The position numbers and the translations under genes are program-made. DNA of 63,832 nucleotides, filler included. It is 6 parts of 6 records of this genome, joined end to end, with 100 filler letters (N's around TTAATTAATTAA, not from the genome) between each part and the next. Parts side by side here need not be neighbours in the genome. Positions count along the whole stretch, not along the records: positions 1 to 5,143 come from SRR31156797_22298; positions 5,244 to 11,630 come from SRR31156797_22304; positions 11,731 to 19,506 come from SRR31156797_22309; 3 more parts are not named here. One strand, given 5' to 3'. Below the pieces are notes generated by a model that was not told the origin of the DNA, did not search any database, and was given only the letters and a program-made list of their open reading frames with translations. Positions 1 to 11,951 of the stretch are shown in pieces (within the stretch, counting starts at the first letter, position 1; the number at the start of each line of letters is the position of its first letter).

Positions 1-10
1 ACATATAACC

Positions 11-850
11 ATGCAATTAAATGCTATACATAAATATGCCCAAAAACCGATGTTATACGAAAAGGGTACAACAGAAATGTGGACTGATAAACACATTTCG
101 AAACAACTTTTACAAGTTCATTTAAATCCTGAGATAGACTTGGCAAGTCGGAAAGAAAGTACTATAAAATATACTGTAGACTGGATGCTGAATAAAGTTC
201 CTAATCAGCCACTTAAAATACTTGATCTGGGGTGTGGGCCCGGATTATATACTACTTTACTTGCTGAGAAAGGACATGATATTACCGGTGTCGATTTTTC
301 TGAAAGTTCAGTTGAATATGCCCGAGATGCTGCAAGTAAGCGAGATTTATCGATTAAATATCTTCGCGAGAACTACCTGAATATGGATTTTCAGGAAAAC
401 AGTTTTGATCTGGTAATCCTTATTTATACTGATTTGGGAGTGTTACTTCCTGAAGAAAGAAAACACTTAATTGGATTTATATACAGAATATTAAAACCGG
501 GAGGTACATTTATTTTTGATGTTCTTAATGATGAGGAACTTCCCCAAAAAGTAACTCCAAAAAACTGGGAAATAGCCGAATCTGGTTTTTGGAAACCAGA
601 ACCGTATATTGCTTTATCTGAATCATTTCTTTACGAGGAAGAGAAGGTGATTTTGTACCAGCATTTGGTTGTGGGTGAGCAAGAAAAAGTCGATGTATAT
701 CGATTTTGGACTCACTTCTTTTCTGAAGCGGATCTGCAAAAACTGCTTGGAGATATTGGCTTTGTAAAGACTGATTGTTATAAAAATGTGTTACCAGGAG
801 ATGGTTTATTCGAGGGAGAGAATGTTACTTTTTCAGTAGCAATAAAATAA
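11..850 (+). CDS. Class I SAM-dependent methyltransferase
   Basis: Motif I ILDLGCGPG, acidic motif GVDFS and RILKPGG in a 279-aa ORF. Confidence 0.9.
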   Translation: MQLNAIHKYAQKPMLYEKGTTEMWTDKHISKQLLQVHLNPEIDLASRKESTIKYTVDWMLNKVPNQPLKILDLGCGPGLYTTLLAEKGHDITGVDFSESSVEYARDAASKRDLSIKYLRENYLNMDFQENSFDLVILIYTDLGVLLPEERKHLIGFIYRILKPGGTFIFDVLNDEELPQKVTPKNWEIAESGFWKPEPYIALSESFLYEEEKVILYQHLVVGEQEKVDVYRFWTHFFSEADLQKLLGDIGFVKTDCYKNVLPGDGLFEGENVTFSVAIK

Positions 851-860
851 CCCGTTTTAT

Positions 861-893
861 AGTTATAGCCTGACTTTGAGTCAGGCTATAACT
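861..893. terminator. Probable bidirectional intrinsic terminator between convergent genes
   Basis: Perfect inverted repeat AGTTATAGCCTGACT-TTG-AGTCAGGCTATAACT between stops at 850 and 901. Confidence 0.75.
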
Positions 894-900
894 TCTATTA

Positions 901-3207
901 TTAGTTAATAGCAATTTCGTCAACAAACAACCAACCCGGTTTTCCTTCGCCGGCATGGCCTTTTGGGCATTTTTTTAGGTGAAAAGCCGAAACGCGAACG
1001 TAACGACCTTTGGCCTTTTTATTCAATGTTAAAGTTTGCACCTGGCGTTCACCATCTTTTGCACTTACTTTGTTTTTAACCGTTCCAAGTTTTTTAAATG
1101 TTTTACCGTCTTCTGATGTTTCTATTGTAATATGTGTGGGATAAAATATCCATGCTCCATTATTTTGAAGTACACCGGTGCTCACTGTTTTAAACGACGT
1201 AGAACTTCCTAAATCAATTGTAGCAATTAGATCTTTTCCATTAAATCCTTTCCATTTTCCATCGTGGTGATCTTTTGAGCCTTCGATCCCATCAACTAAA
1301 GCAAATTTCCCTGTCGATTCATAATTCTTGTGGTTGGGGAATTTCATGGTTACAGGGCAAGCAATGGCTTTGTGAATATTAAATTTTGTTGCCAATGCTT
1401 TTGACTTTGGTTTACCATTTTTAACCACAACGGCTTTAACAACAGCAGAGGAATTTATACTGAACGGTTCGGTGTATAAATGTGCATTAGCATCAGGTTC
1501 ACTGCCATCTGTTGTGTATCTTATTTCAGGATTCCACACTTCAGTTGAAAGGGTTACTTTAATTGATCTTTCTTCAGGATTTAGAACAGGCGACGCTGAA
1601 ACCTGAAAAGCGCTGCTTGCATAGTTTATTCCAAGTTTTTTAAAGCGTTTGTATTGTGTATCCATACGTTGTGAAAAATCTCCCCAGTTTTTTTTCTCTT
1701 TAGGAGACCAAAGTACCTCTGATAAGGCGGTCATTCGAGGCATAATCATATACTCAACATGTTTGCCGTTTGGCATATATTCAGTCCAGATATTAGCTTG
1801 TGCTCCAATAATATGTTTGGCTTGTTCCGGGCTAAGCTCTTCAGGTACAGGCTCATAGTTGTAAACCTTTTTTAAGGTGATACTTCCACCAAAAGCTTTT
1901 GGTTCTAGTTCAGGGTTGCCCTGATAATAATCGAAGTAGCAGTGCGAAGTTGGTGTCATTACTACGTCATGTCCGGCTTTTGCAGCTTTGGTTCCGGGAT
2001 CAGAACCACGCCATGACATGATAGTAGCTGAAGGATTTAGTCCACCCTCCAGGATCTCGTCCCACCCAATGAGCTGACGTCCGTTTTTGTTAAGAAACTT
2101 TTCTATTCGTTTAATAAAATAGGCCTGAAGCTCGTGCTCGTCTTTTAAACCTTCGTCGGCAATACGTTTCTGGCAAAGCTCACATTTTTCCCATTCAGTT
2201 TTTGTCGCCTCGTCTCCTCCAATGTGTATGTATGTTGAAGGGAAAAGTTCAATTACTTCGGTAAGTACATCTTCCAGAAAATGAAAGGTTTCTTCTTTAC
2301 CTGCACAGAAAATGTGTGTTATTGGCCAAACACCACCCGGAGGAACAGGTTGGTATTCTCCAGTGCACGAGTACTCGGGATAAGCAGCCAGAGCAGACAT
2401 AACATGGGCAGGCATTTCAATCTCAGGAACTACGGTAACATGTTTTTTTGCTGCGTATTCTACAATTGCTTTAATATCTTCCTGAGAGTAAAAACCACCA
2501 TATTGGGGTTCATTTGCTTTTACCGGTTCTTTTCGGGAATTCCAGTCGAGGTGTTCGCGGTCGGCACGCCAGGCTCCAACCTCTGTTAATTTCGGATACT
2601 TTTTTATTTCAATGCGCCATCCCTGGTCGTCAACAAGATGCCAGTGAAACACGTTCATTTTGTGCATGGCAATGTAGTCGATGTATTTGTATATGAAATC
2701 AACAGGCATAAAATGACGCGAAACATCGAGGTGAAGCCCGCGCCACCCGAAACGCGGATAATCGGTAATTTCCATGCACGGCAAACTCTTGTCGTTGCTG
2801 GCAGTAAGTAATTGCCATATGCTTTGTATTCCATAAAACAGACCTGCCGTGGTATTAGCATTTAAAAATACACGGTCGTTTTGTATAGATAGGGTATATC
2901 CCTCGTTCCCAATTTCTGCGTTTAATGGCTTATTTAGCTGAACTAATATATTACCGCTTATTGCAGGGCCGGGATTGTCAAAAACAACTGTTTTCCCTGT
3001 TGCACTTTTTAGGATTTCAGTTGTAAGTTCAACAAAATCTTCTTCCAGTTGGTTTGAGCTTCGAAAAAGGATTTTGGTATTGTTGGTAATAGTAAAAGCA
3101 CCATCTTTTTTTGTAACCGATACGGGTAATGGAACAATAGATGCAGATTGGGTAAAACCCGTTTGAAGAACCAAAATGGCAATTAATACAAGAAATATTT
3201 TCTTCAT
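901..3207 (-). CDS. GH20 beta-N-acetylhexosaminidase with C-terminal FN3/chitobiase-like and F5/8-type domains
   Basis: Signal peptide, RGLHLDVSRHF, FHWHLVDDQGWR, catalytic HIGGDE, IRYTTDGSEP. Confidence 0.92.
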   Translation of the reverse strand: MKKIFLVLIAILVLQTGFTQSASIVPLPVSVTKKDGAFTITNNTKILFRSSNQLEEDFVELTTEILKSATGKTVVFDNPGPAISGNILVQLNKPLNAEIGNEGYTLSIQNDRVFLNANTTAGLFYGIQSIWQLLTASNDKSLPCMEITDYPRFGWRGLHLDVSRHFMPVDFIYKYIDYIAMHKMNVFHWHLVDDQGWRIEIKKYPKLTEVGAWRADREHLDWNSRKEPVKANEPQYGGFYSQEDIKAIVEYAAKKHVTVVPEIEMPAHVMSALAAYPEYSCTGEYQPVPPGGVWPITHIFCAGKEETFHFLEDVLTEVIELFPSTYIHIGGDEATKTEWEKCELCQKRIADEGLKDEHELQAYFIKRIEKFLNKNGRQLIGWDEILEGGLNPSATIMSWRGSDPGTKAAKAGHDVVMTPTSHCYFDYYQGNPELEPKAFGGSITLKKVYNYEPVPEELSPEQAKHIIGAQANIWTEYMPNGKHVEYMIMPRMTALSEVLWSPKEKKNWGDFSQRMDTQYKRFKKLGINYASSAFQVSASPVLNPEERSIKVTLSTEVWNPEIRYTTDGSEPDANAHLYTEPFSINSSAVVKAVVVKNGKPKSKALATKFNIHKAIACPVTMKFPNHKNYESTGKFALVDGIEGSKDHHDGKWKGFNGKDLIATIDLGSSTSFKTVSTGVLQNNGAWIFYPTHITIETSEDGKTFKKLGTVKNKVSAKDGERQVQTLTLNKKAKGRYVRVSAFHLKKCPKGHAGEGKPGWLFVDEIAIN

Positions 3208-3259
3208 TTTTCTATTTTTTTTTATTGTATTTATAAGATTTAGTGGTAGCTGATTTTAA

Positions 3260-5143
<1,884 letters not shown>

Positions 5144-5243
5144 NNNNNNNNNNNNNNNNNNNNNNNNNNNNNNNNNNNNNNNNNNNNTTAATTAATTAAN
5201 NNNNNNNNNNNNNNNNNNNNNNNNNNNNNNNNNNNNNNNNNNN
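5144..5243. other. Assembly spacer (contig join)
   Basis: 100-nt N run containing TTAATTAATTAA. Confidence 0.98.
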
Positions 5244-5244
5244 A

Positions 5245-7059
5245 ATTGTTGAGCGCGAACGTGATATCCGTGATTTTAAAAGCGAAACCTGGTTTCGTGT
5301 AAATGGATATTTCCTGGTTCCCGACAAAGATGGCAATACCACTGAGCTAAAAGCAGAGCTTTCGAAAAGGTTTAAAACGAAGGAGGAAGCCAATGCTTTT
5401 ATGGAAAAATGTAAAACAGCCGAATTTTCCGTTGGCGATGTAGTTAAAAAACCTGGGAAAAGAACTCCCGCTCAACCTTTTACAACTTCAACGCTGCAAC
5501 AGGAAGCGAGTAGGAAGTTAGGGTTTTCGGTTTCGCAAACCATGGCTGTTGCACAACGCTTGTATGAAAGTGGAAAGATCACCTACATGCGTACCGATTC
5601 TGTAAACCTATCGAGCCTGGCTATAAATACTTCAAAGAAAAAGATCGAAGAACTGCATGGTGCGGAATATATAAAAGTCCGGAAATTTAAAACAAAGGCA
5701 AAAGGAGCGCAAGAGGCTCACGAGGCCATTCGTCCTACCTATATGGAAAATGAAACGGTGGATGGAACGGCACAGGAACAACGCCTTTACGAATTGATCT
5801 GGAAAAGAACTATCGCTTCGCAAATGGCAGATGCGAAACTTGAACGTACCACAGTTACCATTGATGTATCAAACGCTTCAGAGAAATTTCAGGCAACCGG
5901 AGAGGTAATTGTTTTTGACGGTTTTTTACGAGTTTATATTGAATCGACTGATGATGAGGGTAATGGAAATGGCAACGGACAAACTTTAATTCCTCCGGTT
6001 CATGTAAACGATGCATTAAAAATGTCTTCGGTGATTTCTACTCAACGTTTTTCACAACGTCCGGCACGTTTTACAGAGGCATCGTTGGTAAAACGATTGG
6101 AAGAATTGGGAATCGGGCGTCCATCTACCTATGCACCAACCATTACTACAGTTCAAAACCGAAATTATGTGGTAAAAGAAGAACGTCCGGGGGTAGAACG
6201 TACTTACGCTGTTCTTACTTTAAAGAGTGGCCATATTAGAGAAGAAGAAAAAATTGAAATTACAGGAGCTGAAAAGAATAAGTTGTTTCCAACAGATGTG
6301 GGTATTGTGGTAAACGACTTCTTAATGGATAACTTCAACCAGATCATGGATTTCAACTTTACAGCAAATGTTGAAAAGGAATTCGATGATATCGCTGACG
6401 GGAAAAAGGTGTGGAACGATATGATCGACAAATTCTACCAGCCTTTTCATGGTCGGGTGGAAGATGCATTAAAAAATGCCGAGCGTTCGAAAGGTGAACG
6501 GATTTTAGGTGTTGATCCAAAAACAGGTAAACAGGTTTCTGTAAAAATTGGACGATTTGGACCATTGGCCCAATTGGGAGAAGCTTCGCAGGAAGAAGGA
6601 GCCGAAAAACCTCAGTTTTCAAGCTTGCGCACAGGGCAACATCTTGAGACAATAACACTGGAAGAAGTTCTTGACTTGTTTAAACTTCCCCGCCAGGTTG
6701 GTGAATACGAGGAAAAAACGGTAAGTGTGGCAATTGGTCGTTTTGGCCCATATGTGCGCCACGACAATAAATTTGTTTCTTTAGGAAAAGAAGATGATCC
6801 GTATTCGGTAAATCTTGAAAGAGCCATTGAGTTAATCGATGCCAAACGCGAAAAAGACCGCAAGGCTGTAGTAAAGTTGTTTGAAGAAGATGCAGAGCTG
6901 CAGGTGCTTAACGGAAGATGGGGGCCCTATATCAAGTTTAAAAAGAAGAATTATAAAATACCAAAAACTGTAAAGGCTGAAGAGTTGAGTTATGAAGATT
7001 GTATGAAAATAATTAGCGAAGCTCCCGAACCTAAAACAAAAAGAGGTAGAAAAAAATAA
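5245..7059 (+). CDS. topA: DNA topoisomerase I, 5'-truncated
   Basis: IVERERDI at contig start; FTTSTLQQEA, catalytic ITYMRTDS, AQEAHEAIRPT, GIGRPSTYA; C-terminal GRFGP repeats. Confidence 0.96.
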   Translation: MVERERDIRDFKSETWFRVNGYFLVPDKDGNTTELKAELSKRFKTKEEANAFMEKCKTAEFSVGDVVKKPGKRTPAQPFTTSTLQQEASRKLGFSVSQTMAVAQRLYESGKITYMRTDSVNLSSLAINTSKKKIEELHGAEYIKVRKFKTKAKGAQEAHEAIRPTYMENETVDGTAQEQRLYELIWKRTIASQMADAKLERTTVTIDVSNASEKFQATGEVIVFDGFLRVYIESTDDEGNGNGNGQTLIPPVHVNDALKMSSVISTQRFSQRPARFTEASLVKRLEELGIGRPSTYAPTITTVQNRNYVVKEERPGVERTYAVLTLKSGHIREEEKIEITGAEKNKLFPTDVGIVVNDFLMDNFNQIMDFNFTANVEKEFDDIADGKKVWNDMIDKFYQPFHGRVEDALKNAERSKGERILGVDPKTGKQVSVKIGRFGPLAQLGEASQEEGAEKPQFSSLRTGQHLETITLEEVLDLFKLPRQVGEYEEKTVSVAIGRFGPYVRHDNKFVSLGKEDDPYSVNLERAIELIDAKREKDRKAVVKLFEEDAELQVLNGRWGPYIKFKKKNYKIPKTVKAEELSYEDCMKIISEAPEPKTKRGRKK

Positions 7060-7064
7060 AACAT

Positions 7065-7099
7065 AAAGGCAGGTGATTAAATCATTTGCCTTTATTTTT
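7065..7099 (+). terminator. Putative intrinsic terminator after topA
   Basis: AAAGGCAGGTGAT-TAA-ATCATTTGCCTTT followed by ATTTTT. Confidence 0.55.
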
Positions 7100-7110
7100 A
7101 AGCCAAAAAC

Positions 7111-8262
7111 ATGAACCTATATCCCTATTTCGATGCCGTTGATTTTGAGAATTATTCAAAGGAATCAACTGTTAACTGGAAGTATTCACTTGGTTCAACA
7201 ATTGAAAAACAAACATTAAAATTGCGCGAAGGGCGCTTAAAAAATGTGGAGATGGCAATTGTTGGAGTCCCTTTTCAAAGTAAAAACAAGGAATGTCAGA
7301 TCGATTTAACGCCAGATAAAATCAGAAAAGATGTTTATGGCCTGGTTAACGTAGGAAAACTAAACATCATTGATTTTGGAAATTTGAAGCCTGCAAGTAG
7401 TTATAAGGGTAACTATCTGGCATTACGCGATGTAATTGATTATTTAACTGAGCTTGATATTGTTGCAATTGTTTTGGGAGGAAGTCAGGATTACAGTTAT
7501 GGGATTTGTCAGGCTTTCAGAAATAATCCTTTCTTTTCGTTTTGTTCTGTTGATGCTTATCTCGATGTAAAAAAGGGTGTCGAAACCCTTGGTCCTGACA
7601 ACTATTTGTCCAGGGTGTTTAAGAATCAGCCAAATGTATTTCAATTCGGGTTGCTTGGTTATCAAAGTCATTATGTCCCTCAAGAATATTTTGGTAAAAC
7701 AAAAGGATTGGGAACACACATTCGTTTAGGAGTTCTGCGAAATGATCTGGTGCAAGCCGAACCTGTTTTTAGAAACAGTGACTTTCTTAGCTTTGATTTT
7801 TGTGCTTTAAAAAACTCAGAAGCGCCTTCACATGCCATGTTGCCAAATGGTTTGTATGGCGAAGAAGCATGCCAGTTATCGAAATTGGCAGGGATGAGTA
7901 ATCGTTTAAAGGTTTTTGGATTGTTTGGAGTTGACACTGAAATAGAAAATGCGCAACTTTCTTTAAACCTTTCTGCCCAGGTTATCTGGTATTTTATAGA
8001 TGGGTACCTAAAACGCGATAAAAGGAAACCCGGACAAAATGATGGCTTTTCAGTAAACCGTGTTGAAATTCCTGAGCTGTCATTTCCATTGGTGTTTTAT
8101 AAGAATGAAGATACAGAACAGTGGTGGATTCAGGTAAAAGACGTTAATAAGGAGTTGAAGTATTTTGCCTGTTCTGAAAAGGATTATTTGGAAGCTACTC
8201 AGAATGAGATTCCTGAAGTTTGGTTGAAATATGTTCAAAAAATTGACGAAATATTAAAATAA
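7111..8262 (+). CDS. Arginase/formimidoylglutamase-fold protein with degenerate metal ligands
   Basis: Ureohydrolase-like segments AIVGVP, IIDFGNL, LGGSQD, VDAYLD, PNGLYGEEAC; C-terminal extension. Confidence 0.75.
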   Translation: MNLYPYFDAVDFENYSKESTVNWKYSLGSTIEKQTLKLREGRLKNVEMAIVGVPFQSKNKECQIDLTPDKIRKDVYGLVNVGKLNIIDFGNLKPASSYKGNYLALRDVIDYLTELDIVAIVLGGSQDYSYGICQAFRNNPFFSFCSVDAYLDVKKGVETLGPDNYLSRVFKNQPNVFQFGLLGYQSHYVPQEYFGKTKGLGTHIRLGVLRNDLVQAEPVFRNSDFLSFDFCALKNSEAPSHAMLPNGLYGEEACQLSKLAGMSNRLKVFGLFGVDTEIENAQLSLNLSAQVIWYFIDGYLKRDKRKPGQNDGFSVNRVEIPELSFPLVFYKNEDTEQWWIQVKDVNKELKYFACSEKDYLEATQNEIPEVWLKYVQKIDEILK

Positions 8263-8379
8263 TACCATCAGAAGAACGTTCTTTGCATACCTTGTTAACA
8301 GTAGATTGTTACAAATAACATTATTTTGTTTCTTTACCAGAGCAGAGAAAAGGCTAAATTGCCTCACGATAAGAGATGT

Positions 8380-9324
8380 ATGAAAAAGACAGTATCTTTT
8401 TTTATATTACTAACATTAATGACTTTCGTAGCTTACGGACAGCAAGATCCTCAGTACACGAATAACATGTTTTACAAGTTAAGTGTAAATCCAGGATATG
8501 CTGGTTCGGATGATGCTATAAACGGATTAATATTAAACCGTTACCAATGGACTGGTTTTGACGGTGCTCCAAAAACATTGGTTTTTAGTGTTGATGCAGC
8601 TGTTAAAGCGTTTGGCGCACCAGGAGGTGTTGGTGTAAATATAATTAGCGATGAACTGGGTTTCTATTCGAATACCTGGGTGAATTTTAGTTATGCATAT
8701 AAATTACAAACTTCTTTGGGTACTTTAAGTTTAGGGATAGCGCCAGGGATTTATAATTTTAATATTAATCCGGAATGGGATATTCCTCAAGAGGAAGAGT
8801 ATACCGAAGCTAGTGGAGATAATTGGATTCCGGAAGGAGAATCAAGTCAGATAACATTAGATCTTGGAGCCGGGGTATATTTGTATACAAATAAATATTA
8901 TGTTGGGTTTTCGGTATCTCATATTAATCAGGGAGCGATAAAATACGATGATTATGCTTCTGATTTTTTGACCAGGCATTACTATTTAACCGGAGGGTAC
9001 AATATTAAGTTGTCGGATCCGTTATTTGAGTTGCGACCATCGTTCTTGTTTAAGTCCGATTTAGGTTCATGGCAATTGGACTTAAATACAAATGTGGTAT
9101 ATAATGATAAGTTCTGGGGCGGGATCTCGTATCGCGTTCAGGATGCAGTGGCTTTGTTAATGGGGGTGGAGTTGTTTAATGGATTAAAAGTAGGATATTC
9201 GTTCGATTTGGTAACTTCGGCTTTAGGTCGGTATGGATTTGCTTCGAATGAATTTTTTCTGAGTTATTCGATTGATTTAGAAAGAAATCGGAACCAGAAG
9301 TATAAGAGTATAAGATTTTTGTAG
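8380..9324 (+). CDS. porP: Type IX secretion system PorP/SprF family membrane protein
   Basis: Signal peptide then QQDPQYT..NPGYAG, NRYQW.GFDGAPKT, GYSFD; directly upstream of gldK; ATG at 8380 preferred to the track's TTG. Confidence 0.9.
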   Translation: MKKTVSFFILLTLMTFVAYGQQDPQYTNNMFYKLSVNPGYAGSDDAINGLILNRYQWTGFDGAPKTLVFSVDAAVKAFGAPGGVGVNIISDELGFYSNTWVNFSYAYKLQTSLGTLSLGIAPGIYNFNINPEWDIPQEEEYTEASGDNWIPEGESSQITLDLGAGVYLYTNKYYVGFSVSHINQGAIKYDDYASDFLTRHYYLTGGYNIKLSDPLFELRPSFLFKSDLGSWQLDLNTNVVYNDKFWGGISYRVQDAVALLMGVELFNGLKVGYSFDLVTSALGRYGFASNEFFLSYSIDLERNRNQKYKSIRFL

Positions 9325-9435
9325 ATAATTAGAAAATTAAATAAAAAAAGTAAGGCGATTTTATATTTTATTATGTCATTGTTTCTCCTTATTTTTAACG
9401 GCTAATCAGAGCTCGAAAAGTAAAAATACAAACAT

Positions 9436-10782
9436 ATGAAAAAACTACTTTCAATTGCACTTGTATTCATGACTGCACTTAGTTTAACCGGATGCCTCGG
9501 AGGAGGCTCGGGTGGAAACGGAGAGTTAACAGGAGTACAGAGAAGGCAACGATTTAAAGAAACTCAGCCGCTGGGGATGGTATATGTTCGTCGTGGTAGT
9601 TTCAATATCGGGCCAAGCGATCAAGATGCAAGTAGGTCGGGTGTGCCAACAAAGACGGTTTCGCAGGAACCTTTTTGGATGGACGATACCGAAATAACAA
9701 ACAACGAATACCGCCAATTTGTCGACTGGGTAAAAGAATCAATGGCTCGTCGCATGTTGGGTGAACAATATCCTGAATTCTTAATTACCGAAGATCGGGA
9801 AGGCAATATTATTGATCCTCCTAAAATTAACTGGAGAGAAAAAATTGATTGGGGTGATCCGGATATGCAAATGGCGTTGGAAGATTTATATGTACCTGAA
9901 AACGAAAGGTTTTTTGGGAAAAAAGAAATCGATTCGCGTAAACTCATTTACGAATACTGGTGGATTGACCTGCAACAGGCTGCAAAAAGAAGCAATAGCT
10001 ATAACTACGAGACTCAACGTTACGAAGGAAATGTTTACAATCCTGAAGGAGATTTAGTGCCTATAGAAAACCGTTCTTCTTTTATGATGCGCGACCAGGT
10101 ACATGTTTATCCTGATACTTTGTGCTGGATAAGGGATTTCACCTATTCTTATAATGAACCATTGGCGACTCGTTATTTTTGGCATCCTGGATTTGATGAG
10201 TATCCTGTGGTGGGAGTAACCTGGAAACAGGTAAATGCTTTCTGCAACTGGAGAACAAAAATTCAATCGGATTTCCTTTCAGAAAGAGGAGAGCCAACAT
10301 TGATGTCTTATCGTTTGCCAACTGAAGTGGAATGGGAATATGCAGCCCGGGGTGGAAAAAACTTTTCAATGTACCCTTGGGGTGGTTATTATACTCGTGA
10401 TGACAATGGAGTATTTCTGGCAAACTTTAAACCACTGCGAGGTAACTACGTTGAAGATGGTTCCATAGCAACGATTAAAGTAGGAAGTTACGATCCGAAT
10501 GAATATGGATTGTACGATATGGCGGGTAATGTGGCAGAATGGACAAGTACTGCTTACGATGAAGCAGGGTATAACTATTTTAGCGATTTAAATCCAACTT
10601 TCACATACAACGCCCGAAAGGATGATCCTCCGGTAATGAAGCGAAAAGTAATCAGAGGTGGTTCGTGGAAGGATATTGCGCAATTTGTACAGGTTTCTAC
10701 ACGTAACTTTGAGTACCAGGATACAACAAAATCTTATGTTGGATTCAGGTGTGTACGTTCAACTTTCGGTGAAGAATTTTAG
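9436..10782 (+). CDS. gldK: T9SS/gliding motility lipoprotein GldK (PorK)
   Basis: Lipobox LTGC; FGE-sulfatase-like motifs RLPTEVEWEYAARGG, GLYDMAGNVAEW, GFRCV; YPDTLCWIRDF; followed by gldL. Confidence 0.92.
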   Translation: MKKLLSIALVFMTALSLTGCLGGGSGGNGELTGVQRRQRFKETQPLGMVYVRRGSFNIGPSDQDASRSGVPTKTVSQEPFWMDDTEITNNEYRQFVDWVKESMARRMLGEQYPEFLITEDREGNIIDPPKINWREKIDWGDPDMQMALEDLYVPENERFFGKKEIDSRKLIYEYWWIDLQQAAKRSNSYNYETQRYEGNVYNPEGDLVPIENRSSFMMRDQVHVYPDTLCWIRDFTYSYNEPLATRYFWHPGFDEYPVVGVTWKQVNAFCNWRTKIQSDFLSERGEPTLMSYRLPTEVEWEYAARGGKNFSMYPWGGYYTRDDNGVFLANFKPLRGNYVEDGSIATIKVGSYDPNEYGLYDMAGNVAEWTSTAYDEAGYNYFSDLNPTFTYNARKDDPPVMKRKVIRGGSWKDIAQFVQVSTRNFEYQDTTKSYVGFRCVRSTFGEEF

Positions 10783-10811
10783 GCTTATAAAAACTCATTA
10801 TTCCAATTGTT

Positions 10812-11630
10812 ATGAATCTGGGAGAACTTTTTAAAACAAAACGCTGGAAAACTTTCATGGGCTTCGTTTATGGATGGGGTGCAGCAGTAGTGATGGTAGG
10901 GGCTTTATTTAAGTTAGAACACTGGCAAGGATCAAGCGAGTTATTAACCGTTGGCCTGCTGACAGAGGCTTTTATTTTCTTTCTGTCTGCATTTGAACCA
11001 CCTGTTGATATTCCGGAATGGGATAAGGTTTATCCTGAATTGAGGGAGGACTATGAGCTCGCCGAAATAGAAGACATGTCTGCTAAAAAAGGTGGACTGG
11101 ATACTCTTTTTTCAAGCTCTGAGTTAACTCCAGACCTGTTGGATAAAGTGGGTAAAGGATTAAATGAATTAAGCAATACTGCCAAAGGAATTAGTGATAT
11201 TTCTTCAGCAACACTAGCCACTGATATGTATGTGAAAAATCTTGGTTCTGCTTCTGATTCCATGAATTCATTCACAGAAATCAATAACCGGGCTAACGAT
11301 TCTATTAACAAATCAGTAGGAAATTTAGTTGATTCTTATTCTTCGGCTGCAAGTTTGCTTAATGAGAGTGGAAAAGATCTTTCTTTGGCCTATAAGAAAT
11401 CATCTGAAGTTATATCGGGAGAACTTGAAAATATTGGCAACAGCTCAAAACAGTATTCAGGCAATATCGAAAAACTTAATAAGAATTTAGAAACTCTTAA
11501 CGGAAGTTTTGAAAGTCAGCTAAAAGATTCTCAGGAACAGTTCAGGGCCAACCAGAAGTTCAATCAGGATTTGACCGAAATGAACAGTATCTTAAGTGCT
11601 TCGGTTGATGAATTAAAGAAATACAAAGAA
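10812..11630 (+). CDS. gldL: T9SS/gliding motor protein GldL (PorL), 3'-truncated
   Basis: YGWGAAVVMVGALFKLEHW, GLLTEAFIFFLSAFEP, WDKVYPEL; coiled-coil tail runs into the gap. Confidence 0.93.
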
Positions 11631-11730
11631 NNNNNNNNNNNNNNNNNNNNNNNNNNNNNNNNNNNNNNNNNNNNTTAATTAATTAANNNNNNNNNNNNNN
11701 NNNNNNNNNNNNNNNNNNNNNNNNNNNNNN
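11631..11730. other. Assembly spacer (contig join)
   Basis: N run with TTAATTAATTAA. Confidence 0.98.
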
Positions 11731-11758
11731 AGTCCAGGTTCGAGCCCTGGCGGGTCAA
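11731..11758 (+). tRNA. 3' fragment of a tRNA (probably another tRNA-Gln), cut by the contig start
   Basis: T-arm CCAGG-TTCGAGC-CCTGG plus acceptor 3' strand CGGGTCAA; nearly identical to the T-arm of the next tRNA-Gln; anticodon not visible. Confidence 0.7.
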
Positions 11759-11788
11759 CAAAAAAGAGCATTCTACATGCTCTTTTTT
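11759..11788 (+). terminator. Terminator-like hairpin between the two tRNAs
   Basis: AAAAAGAGCAT-TCTAC-ATGCTCTTTTTT. Confidence 0.6.
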
Positions 11789-11807
11789 ATTATATTTACA
11801 TTTAAAT

Positions 11808-11880
11808 TGTCCTGTGGTGTAATTGGCAACACGTCTGATTCTGGTTCAGAAGAGTCCAGGTTCGAGACCTGGCAGGACAA
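11808..11880 (+). tRNA. tRNA-Gln(CTG)
   Basis: Acceptor TGTCCTG/CAGGACA, D-arm GTGTAATTGGCAACAC, anticodon arm TCTGA-TTCTGGT-TCAGA, T-loop GGTTCGAGACC; no encoded CCA. Confidence 0.95.
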
Positions 11881-11882
11881 CA

Positions 11883-11921
11883 AAGAGGCCGTTTCAAAAA
11901 CTTGTTTTGAAACGGCCTCTT
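11883..11921. terminator. Bidirectional terminator between tRNA-Gln and susD
   Basis: AAGAGGCCGTTTCAAAA-ACTTG-TTTTGAAACGGCCTCTT long inverted repeat. Confidence 0.75.
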
Positions 11922-11951
11922 CTTATAGTATATTATATTGCAGTCCTGAGA

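Noticed and set aside
5188-5199. Recurrent TTAATTAATTAA palindrome (five copies)
   Set aside because: Always centred in N runs; an artificial all-frame-stop linker.
11731-11880. tRNA fragment plus tRNA as att-site duplication of an island
   Set aside because: The fragment is cut by the contig edge, its acceptor sequence differs and it lies only about 50 nt away; tandem tRNA genes are simpler.
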